From Antedon mediterranea (taxonomy: Eukaryota > Animalia > Echinodermata): a DNA stretch of 64,000 nt. The notes under the pieces are model-generated. The model ran no database searches, had not been told where the DNA came from, and saw nothing but the letters and a program-made list of their open reading frames with translations. Location: assembly GCF_964355755.1 (NCBI RefSeq), contig NC_092671.1, positions 21,655,317 to 21,719,316 of the forward strand, in the 5' to 3' direction. Shown here in pieces: positions 1 through 9,800 of the stretch. The translations under genes were made by a program, and so were the position numbers. How positions within the stretch are numbered: the stretch's first letter is position 1; every line of letters starts with the position of its first letter.

Positions 1-3000
1 TGTGATTTTCGAAAAAACTTGTTAACATAAAAACACCAAAGTTCTTAAAATAGCTTCAAATCGCATTTGGAGACGTTTTAGACCATTTTGTGATTTTCGA
101 AAAAACTTGTTAACATAAAAACACCAAAGTGCTTAGAATAGCTTCAAATCGCATTTGGAGACGTTTTAGACCATTTTGGGATTTTTGAAAAAACTTGTTA
201 ACATAAAAACACCAAAGTTCTTAGAATAGCTTCAAATCGCATTTGGAGACGTTTTAGACCATTTTGTGCATTTCGATGAAACTTGGTTACACAAAAACAT
301 CAAAGTGCTTAAAATCACGTTATAAACCGTTTTAGACCATTTGAGCATTTCGATAACACTTTTCACACAAAAACATCAAAGGGCACAATATAGCTTAATA
401 TCCTATTTAAAAACGTTTTAGACCATTTTGAGCATTTCGACAAAACTTTTTCACACAAAACACCAAAGTGCTTAGAATACCTTCAAATCGCATTTGGAGA
501 CGTTTTAGACAATTTTGTGATTTTCGAAAAAACTTGTTAACATAAAAACATCAAAGTTTACAGAATAGCTTCAAATCGCTTTTGGAGACGTTTTAGACAA
601 TTTTGTGATTTTCGAAAAAACTTGTTAACATAAAAACACCAAAGTGCTTAGAATAGCTTCAAATCGCATTGGGAGACGTTTTAGACCATTTTGTGATTTT
701 CGAAAAAACTTGTTAACATAAAAACATCAAAGTGTACAGAATAGCTTCAAATCGCATTTGGAGACGTTTTAGACCATTTTGTGATTTTCGAAAAAACTTG
801 TTAACATAAAAACACCAAAGTGCTTAGAATAGCTTCAAATCGCATTTGGAGACGTTTTAAACCATTTTGTGATTTTCGAAAAAACTTGTTAACATAAAAA
901 CACCAAAATGTTTAGAATAGCTTCAAATCGCATTTGGAGACGTTTTAGACCATTTTGTGATTTTCGAAAAAACTTGTTAACACAAAAACACCAAAGTGAT
1001 TAGAATAGCTTCAAATCGCATTTGGAGACGTTTTAGACCATTTTGTGATTTTCGAAAAAACTTGTTAACATAAAAACACCAAAGTGATTAGAATAGCTTC
1101 AAATCGCATTTGGAGACGTTTTAGACCATTTTGTGCATTTCGATGAAACTTGGTTACGCAAAAACATCAAAGTGCTTAAAATCACATTATAAACCGTTTT
1201 AGACCATTTTGAGCATATCGATAACACTTTTTACACAAAACACCAAAGTGCTTAGAATAGCTTCAAATCGCATTTGGAGACGTTTTAGACCATTTTGTGA
1301 TTTTCGACAAAACTTTTTCACACAAAACACCAAAGTGCTTAGAATACCTTCAAATCGCATTTGGAGACGTTTTAGACCATTTTGTGATTTTCGAAAAAAC
1401 TTGTTAACATAAAAACATCAAAGTGTACAGAATAGCTTCAAATCGCATTTGGAGACGTTTTAGACCATTTTGTGATTTTCGAAAAAACTTGTTAACATAA
1501 AAACACCAAAGTGCTTAGAATAGCTTCAAATCGCATTAGGAGACGTTTTAGACCATTTTGTGATTTTCGAAAAAACTTGTTAACATAAAAACACCAAAGT
1601 GCTTAGAATAGCTTCAAATCGCATTTGGAGACGTTTTAGACCATTTTGTGATTTTCGAAAAAACTTGTTAACATAAAAACACCAAAATGTTTAGAATAGC
1701 TTCAAATCGCATTTGGAGACGTTTTAGACCATTTTGTGATTTTCGAAAAAACTTGTTAACACAAAAACACCAAAGTGATTAGAATAGCTTCAAATTGCAT
1801 TTGGAGACGTTTTAGACCATTTTGTGCATTTCGATGAAACTTGGTTACGCAAAAACATCAAAGTGCTTAAAATCACATTATAAACCGTTTTAGACCATTT
1901 TGAGCATATCGATAACACTTTTCACACAAAAACATCAAAGAGCACAATATAGCTTAATATCGTATTTAAAAACGTTTTAGACCATTTTGAGCATTTCGAC
2001 AAAACTTTTTCACACAAAACACCAAAGTGCTTAGAATAGCTTCAAATCGCATTTGGAGACGTTTTAGACCATTTTGTGATTTTCGAAAAAACTTGTTAAC
2101 ATAAAAACATCAAAGGGCTAAGAATAGCTTCAAATGGCATTTGGAGACATTTTAGAACAATTAGTGATTTTCGAAAAAACTTGGTTACACAAAAACATCA
2201 AAGTGGTTAAAATCACATTATAAACCGTTTTAGACCATTTTGAGCATTTCGATAACACTTTTTACACAAAAACATCAAAGTGCTTAGAATAGCTTCAAAT
2301 CGCATTTGGAGACGTTTTAGACCATTTTGTGATTTTTGAAAAAAACTTTTTAACATAAAAACACCAAACTGCTAAGAATAGCTTCAAATCGCATATGGAG
2401 ACAATTTAGACCATTTTGTGATTTTCGAAAAAACTTGTTAACATAAAAACACCAAAGTGCTTAGAATACCTTCAAATCGCATTTGGAGACGTTTTAGACC
2501 ATTTTGTGATTTTCCAAAAAACTTGTTAACATAAAAACATCAAAGTGTACAGAATAGCTTCAAATCGCATTTGGAGACGTTTTAGACCATTTTGTGATTT
2601 TCGAAAAAACTTGTTAACATAAAAACACCAAAGTGCTTAGAATAGCTTCAAATCGCATTTGGAGACGTTTTAGACCAATTTGTGATTTTCGAAAAAACTT
2701 GGTTACACAAAAACATCAAAGTGGTTAAAAGCACATTATAAACCGTTTTAGACCATTTTGAGCATTTCGATAACACATTTCACACAAAAACATCAAAGAG
2801 CACAAAATAGCTTAATATCGTATTTAAAAACGTTTTAAACCATTTTGAGCATTTCGACAAAACTTTTTCACACAAAACACCAAAGTGTACAGAATAGCTT
2901 CAAATCGCATTTGGAGACGTTTTAGACCATTTTGTGATTTTCGAAAAAACTTGTTAATATAAAAACACCAAAGTACTTAGAATAGCTTCAAATCGCATTT

Positions 3001-6000
3001 GGAGACGTTTTAGACCATTTTGTGATTTTCGAAAAAACTTGTTAACATAAAAACATCAAAGTGCTAAGAATAGCTTCCAATCGCATTTGGAGACATTTTA
3101 GACCAATTTGTGATTTTGGAAAAAACTTGGTTACACAAAAACATCAAAGTGCTTTAAATCACATTATAAACCGTTTTAGACCATTTTGAGCATTTCGATA
3201 ACACATTTCACAAAAAAACATCAAAGAGCACAAAATAGCTTAATATCGTATTTAAAAACGTTTTAAACCATTTTGAGCATTTCGACAAAACTTTTTCACA
3301 CAAAACACCAAAGTGTTTAGAAAAGCTTCAAATCGCATTTGGAGACGTTTTAGACCATTTTGGGATTTTCGAAAAAACTTGTTAACATAAAAACACCAAA
3401 GTGCTTAGAATAGCTTCAAATCGCATTTGAAGACGTTTTAGACCATTTTGTAATTTTCGAAAAAACTTGTTAACATAAAAACACCAAAATGTTTAGAATA
3501 GCTTCAAATCGCATTTGGAGACGTTTTAGACCATTTTGTGATTTTCGAAAAAACTTGTTAACACAAAAACACCAAAGTGATTAGAATAGCTTCAAATCGC
3601 ATTTGGAGACGTTTTAGACCATTTTGTGATTTTCGAAAAAACTTGTTAACATAAAAACACCAAAGTGATTAGAATAGCTTCAAATCGCATTTGGAGACGT
3701 TTTAGACCATTTTGTGCATTTCGATGAAACTTGGTTACGCAAAAACATCAAAGTAATAATCACATTATAAACAGTTTTAGACCATTTTGAGCATATCGAT
3801 AAAACTTTTTACACAAAACACCAAAGTGCTTAGAATAGCTTCAAATCGCATTTGGAGACGTTTTAGACCATTTTGTGATTTTCGTCAAAACTTTTTCACA
3901 CAAAACACCAAAGTGCTTAGAATACCTTCAAATCGCATTTGGAGACGTTTTAGACCATTTTGTGATTTTCGAAAAAACTTGTTAACATAAAAACATCAAA
4001 GTGTACAGATTAGCTTCAAATCGCATTTGGAGACGTTTTAGACCATTTTGTGATTTTCGAAAAAACTTGTTAACATAAAAACACCAAAGTGCTTAGAATA
4101 GCTTCAAATCGCATTAGGAGACGTTTTAGACCATTTTGTTATTTTCGAAAAAACTTGTTAACATAAAAACACCAAAATGTTTAGAATAGCTTCAAATCGC
4201 ATTTGTAGACGTTTTATACCATTTTGTGATTTTCGAAAAAACTTGTTAACACAAAAACACCAAAGTGATTAGAATAGCTTCAAATCGCATTTGGAGACGT
4301 TTTAGACCATTTTGTGCATTTCGATGAAACTTGGTTACGCAAAAACATCAAAGTGCTTAAAATCACATTATAAACCGTTTTAGACCATTTTGAGCATATC
4401 GATAACACTTTTCACACAAAAACATCAAAGAGCACAATATAGCTTAATATCGTATTTAAAAACGTTTTAGACCATTTTGAGCAATTCGACAAAACTTTTT
4501 CACACAAAACACCAAAGTGCTTAGAATAGCTTCAAATCGCATTTGGAGACGTTTTAGACCATTTTGTGATTTTCGAAAAAACTTGTTAACATAAAAACAT
4601 CAAAGGGCTAAGAATAGCTTCAAATCGCATTTGGAGACATTTTAGACCAATTAGTGATTTTCGAAAAAACTTGGTTACACAAAAACATCAAAGTGGTTAA
4701 AATCACATTATAAACCGTTTTAGACCATTTTGAGCATATCGATAAAATTTTTTACACAAAAACATCAAAGAGCACAAAATAGCTTAATATCGTATTTGGA
4801 AACGTTTTAGAACATTTTGTGATTTTCGAAAAAACTTGTTAACATAAAACACCAAAGTGTACAGAATAGCTTCAAATCGCATTTGGAGACATTTTAGACC
4901 AATTTGTGATTTTCGAAAAAACTTGTTAACATAAAAACACCAAAGTGCTAAGAATAGCTTCAAATCGCATTTGGAGACATTTTAGACCAATTTGTGATTT
5001 TCGAAAAAACTTGGTTACACAAAAACATCAAAGTGCTTAAAATCACATTATAAAACCGTGTTAGACCATTTTGAGCATTTCGATAACACTTTTCACACAA
5101 AAACATCAAAGAGCATAAAATAGGTTAATATCGTATTTAAAAACGTTTTAGACCATTTTGAGCATTTCGATGAAACTTGGTTACGCAAAAACATCAAAGT
5201 GCTTAAAATCACATTATAAACCGTTTTAGACCATTTTGAGCATATCGATAAAATTTTTTACACAAAAACATCAAAGAGCACAAAATAGCTTAATATCGTA
5301 TTTGGAAACGTTTTAGAACATTTTGTGATTTTCGAAAAAACTTGTTAACATAAAACACCAAAGTGTACAGAATAGCTTCAAATCGCATTTGGAGACATTT
5401 TAGACCAATTTGTGATTTTCGAAAAAACTTGTTAACATAAAAACACCAAAGTGCTAAGAATAGCTTCAAATCGCATTTGGAGACATTTTAGACCAATTTG
5501 TGATCTTCGAAAAAACTTGGTTACACAAAAACATCAAAGTGCTTAAAATCACATTATAAAACCGTTTTAGACCATTTTGAGCATTTCGATAACACTTTTC
5601 ACACAAAAACATCAAAGAGCATAAAATAGGTTAATATCGTATTTAAAAACGTTTTAGACCATTTTGAGCATTTCGACAAAACTTTTTCACACAAAACACC
5701 AAAGTGTACAGAATAGCTTAATATCGTATTTAAAAACGTTTTAGACCATTTTGTGATTTTCGAAAAAACTTGTTAACATAAAAACACCAAAGTGCTTACA
5801 ATAGCTTCAAATCGCATTAGGAGACGTTTTAGACCATTTTGTGATTTTCGAAAAAACTTGTTAACATAAAAACATCAAAGTGTACAGAATAGCTTCAAAT
5901 CGCATTTGGAGACGTTTTAGACCATTTTGTGATTTTCGAAAAAAACTTGTTAACATAAAAACACCAAAGTGCTTAGAATAGCTTCAAATCGCATTTGGAG

Positions 6001-9000
6001 ACGTTTTAGACCATTTTGTGATTTTCGAAAAAACTTGTTAATATAAAAACACCAAAGTACTTAGAATAGCTTCAAATCGCATTTGGAGACGTTTTAAACC
6101 ATTTTGTGATTTTCGAAAAAACTTGTTAACATAAAAACACCAAAATGTTTAGAATAGCTTCAAATCGCATTTGGAGACGTTTTAGACCATTTTGTGATTT
6201 TCGAAAAAACTTGTTAACCCAAAAACACCAAAGTGATTAGAATAGCTTCAAATCGCATTTGGAGACGTTTTAGACCATTTTGTGATTTTCGAAAAAACTT
6301 GTTAACATAAAAACACCAAAGTGATTAGAATAGCTTCAAATCGCATTTGGAGACGTTTTAGACCATTTTGTGATTTTCGAAAAAACTTGTTAACATAAAA
6401 ACACCAAAGTGATTAGAATAGCTTCAAATCGCATTTGGAGACGTTTTAGACCATTTTGTGCATTTCGATGAAACTTGGTTACGCAAAAACATCAATGTGC
6501 TTAAAATCACATTATAAACCGTTTTAGACCATTTTGAGCATATCCATAAAACTTTTTACACAAAACACCAAAGTGCTTAGAATAGCTTCAAATCGCATTT
6601 GGAGACGTTTTAGACCATTTTGTGATTTTCGACAAAACTTTTTCACACAAAACACCAAAGTGCTTAGAATACCTTCAAATCGCATTTGGAGACGTTTTAG
6701 ACCATTTTGTGATTTTCGAAAAAACTTGTTAACATAAAAACATCAAAGTGTACAGAATAGCTTCAAATCGCATTTGGAGACGTTTTAGACCATTTTGTGA
6801 TTTTCGAAAAAACTTGTTAACATAAAAACACCAAAGTGCTTAGAATAGCTTCAAATCGCATTAGGAGACGTTTTAGACCATTTTGTGATTTTCGAAAAAA
6901 CTTGTTAACATAAAAACACCAAAGTGCTTAGAATAGCTTCAAATCGCATTTGGAGACGTTTTAGACCATTTTGTGATTTTCGAAAAAACTTGTTAACATA
7001 AAAACACCAAAATGTTTAGAATAGCTTCAAATCGCATTTGGAGACGTTTTAGACCATTTTGTGATTTTCGAAAAAACTTGTTAACACAAAAACACCAAAG
7101 TGATTAGAATAGCTTCAAATCGCATTTGGAGACGTTTTAGACCATTTTGTGCATTTCGATGAAACTTGGTTACGCAAAAACATCAAAGTGCTTAAAATCA
7201 CATTATAAACCGTTTTAGACCATTTTGAGCATATCGATAACACTTTTCACACAAAAACATCAAAGAGCACAATATAGCTTAATATCGTATTTAAAAACGT
7301 TTTAGACCATTTTGAGCATTTCGACAAAACTTTTTCACACAAAACACCAAAGTGCTTAGAATAGCTTCAAATCGCATTTGGAGACGTTTTAGACCATTTT
7401 GTGATTTTCGAAAAAACTTGTTAACATAAAAACATCAAAGTGCTAAGAATAGTTTCAAATCGAATTTGGAGACATTTTAGACCAATTAGTGATTTTCGAA
7501 AAAACTTGGTTACACAAAAACATCAAAGTGGTTAAAATCACATTATAAACCGTTTTAGACCATTTTGAGCATTTCGATAACACTTTTCACACAAAAACAT
7601 CAAAGTGCTTAGAATAGCTTCAAATCGCATTTGGAGACGTTTTAGACCATTTTGTGATTTTCGAAAAAAACTTTTTAACATAAAAACACCAAACTGCTAA
7701 GAATAGCTTCAAATCGCATATGGAGACAATTTAGACCATTTTGTGATTTTCGAAAAAACTTGTTAACATAAAAACACCAAAGTGCTTAGAATACCTTCAA
7801 ATCGCATTTGGAGACATTTTAGACCATTTTGTGATTTTCGAAAAAACTTGTTAACATAAAAACATCAAAGTGCTAAGAATAGCTTCCAATCGCATTTGTA
7901 GACGTTTTAGACCATTTTGTGATTTTCGAAAACAACTTGTTAACATAAAAACACCAAAGTGCTTAGAATAGCTTCAAATCGCATTTGGAGACGTTTTAGA
8001 CCATTTTGTGATTTTCGAAAAAACTTGTTAACATAAAAACATCAAAGTGCTAAGAATAGCTTCAAATCGAATTTGGAGACATTTTAGACCAATTAGTGAT
8101 TTTCGAAAAAACTTGGTTACACAAAAACATCAAAGTGGTTAAAATCACATTATAAACCGTTTTAGACCATTTTGAGCATTTCGATAACACTTTTCACACA
8201 AAAACATCAAAGTGCTTAGAATAGCTTCAAATCGCATTTGGAGACGTTTTAGACCATTTTGTGATTTTCGAAAAAAACTTTTTAACATAAAAACACCAAA
8301 CTGCTAAGAATAGCTTCAAATCGCATATGGAGACAATTTAGACCATTTTGTGATTTTCGAAAAAACTTGTTAACATAAAAACACCAAAGTGCTTAGAATA
8401 CCTTCAAATCGCATTTGGAGACATTTTAGACCATTTTGTGATTTTCGAAAAAACTTGTTAACATAAAAACATCAAAGTGCTAAGAATAGCTTCCAATCGC
8501 ATTTGGAGACGTTTTAGACCATTTTGTGATTTTCGAAAAAACTTGTTAACATAAAAACACCAAAGTGATTAGAATAGCTTCAAATCGCATTTGGAGACGT
8601 TTTAGACCATTTTGTGCATTTCGATGAAACTTGGTTACGCAAAAACATCAAAGTGCTTAAAATCACATTATAAACCGTTTTAGACCATTTTGAGCATATC
8701 GATAACACTTTTTACACAAAACACCAAAGTGCTTAGAATAGCTTCAAATCGCATTTGGAGACGTTTTAGACCATTTTGTGATTTTCGACAAAACTTTTTC
8801 ACACAAAACACCAAAGTGCTTAGAATACCTTCAAATCGCATTTGGAGACGTTTTAGACCATTTTGTGATTTTCGAAAAAACTTGTTAACATAAAAACATC
8901 AAAGTGTACAGAATAGCTTCAAATCGCATTTGGAGACGTTTTAGACCATTTTGTGATTTTCGAAAAAACTTGTTAACATAAAAACACCAAAGTGCTTAGA

Positions 9001-9443
9001 ATAGCTTCAAATCGCATTTGGAGACGTTTTAGACCATTTTGTGATTTTCGAAAAAACTTGTTAACATAAAAACACCAAAGTGCTTAGAATAGCTTCAAAT
9101 CGCATTAGGAGACGTTTTAGACCATTTTGTGATTTTCGAAAAAACTTGTTAACATAAAAACACCAAAGAGCTTAGAATAGCTTCAAATCGCATTTGGAGA
9201 CGTTTTAGACCATTTTGTGATTTTCGAAAAAACTTGTTAACATAAAAAAAACAAAGTTCTTAAAATAGCTTCAAATCGCATTTGGAGACGTTTTAGACCA
9301 TTTTGTGATTTTCGAAAAAACCTGTTAACATAAAAACACCAAAGTGTTTAGAAAAGCTTCAAATCGCATTTGGAGACGTTTTAGACCATTTTGGGATTTT
9401 CGAAAAAACTTGTTAACATAAAAACACCAAAGTGCTTAGAATA
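1..9443 (+). repeat. Tandem satellite array, 88-bp monomer with 78/86/87-bp variant classes (segment 1, open at window start)
   Basis: TGTGATTTTC recurs at 1 and 89. The AGACC anchor recurs every 88 bp, or 78 bp for the short class (256 to 334, 1123 to 1201). The consensus monomer has 28/88 G+C. Confidence 0.98.
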
Positions 9444-9454
9444 TGGCCGAGCGG
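9444..9454 (+). promoter_or_regulatory. RNA polymerase III type-2 internal promoter A box (SINE copy 1; also 16792-16802 and 21121-21131)
   Basis: TGGCCGAGCGG matches TRGCNNARYGG and is followed by TTAAGGC, as in Leu/Ser-type tRNA D arms. Confidence 0.85.
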
Positions 9455-9509
9455 TTAAGGCAGGGGCGCCGTTTATCGTACCTAAAGAGCCAACAACAAC
9501 ATCGGCAAG

Positions 9510-9520
9510 GGTTCGAGGCC
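9510..9520 (+). promoter_or_regulatory. RNA polymerase III B box (SINE copy 1; also 16858-16868 and 21187-21197)
   Basis: GGTTCGAGGCC matches GGTTCGANNCC and starts 66 bp after the A-box start. Confidence 0.85.
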
Positions 9521-9550
9521 GACTCGCTCCTAGTTCTGGTGGTGGAACAA

Positions 9551-9672
9551 GTCTTCTCGGATAAGGACTATAAACCGTAGGTCCAGTGTACACAGTTATA
9601 ACATGTGTGTACTTTAAAGAACCCAGTTCATTATTCGAAAAAGAGTAGGGGGTTACCCCGGTGAACTGGTTC
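9551..9672 (+). other. Deu/Nin-like conserved SINE central domain
   Basis: The motif order GTCTTCTCGGATAAGGACTATAAACCGTAGG ... TTAAAGAACCC ... TATTCGAAAAAGAGTAGGGG ... CCCCGGTG matches my recollection of the domain shared by DeuSINEs (AmnSINE1, SINE3) and Nin-SINEs. Recognised from memory, not by alignment. Confidence 0.7.
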
Positions 9673-9767
9673 ACACAATAGCCTCTGTATCAGGGGGATT
9701 ACCACCAATCTGATAGGACAGTGATTAATTCACTATTGGTAATCCTTGGCCACAGTGCCTAAAGACA

Positions 9768-9800
9768 TAAAATAAAATAAAAATAAATAAATAAATAATA
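9768..9800 (+). repeat. A-rich simple-repeat SINE tail (TAAAA/TAAA)n
   Basis: TAAAATAAAATAAAAATAAATAAATAAATAATA, identical in all three copies. Confidence 0.9.

Larger units (their letters stand above)
9444..9800 (+). mobile_element. tRNA-derived SINE, copy 1 (Deu/Nin-like central domain, TAAA tail), truncated by about 6-7 nt at the 5' end
   Basis: 357 bp of non-satellite sequence splits a monomer at GCTTAGAATA|GCTTC. A box TGGCCGAGCGG at 9444-9454, B box GGTTCGAGGCC at 9510-9520, (TAAAA/TAAA)n tail at 9768-9796, possible 4-bp target-site duplication AATA (9440-9443 and 9797-9800). Confidence 0.9.

Noticed and set aside
4789-4806. CENP-B box similarity (TCGCATTTGGAGACG; here TCGTATTTGGAAACG)
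   Set aside because: The essential pattern TTCGnnnnAnnCGGG is not met: the spacing is 3 nt too long and CGGG is absent.
9444-9531. Functional tRNA gene
   Set aside because: The 5' acceptor strand is missing, the T stem has only two pairs, the anticodon and variable regions are non-canonical, and it is followed by a SINE body and tail.
9381-9674. 97-aa minus-strand ORF, also at 16729-17022 and 21058-21351
   Set aside because: It is antisense to the SINE head and core, runs into satellite, has a GTG start and resembles no protein I recognise. Conservation simply reflects recent duplication.
9688-9747. Hammerhead or HDV-like ribozyme in the SINE 3' region
   Set aside because: CTGATAG is not CUGANGA and no GAAA follows the next stem. 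The pseudoknot order resembles HDV P1-P2-P4 but lacks P3/L3 and the catalytic C in J4/2.
9444-9800. Insert length of 357 bp is close to four monomers (352 bp)
   Set aside because: It is 5 bp off register, is an ordinary SINE length, and represents a single event, so selection for phasing cannot be argued.
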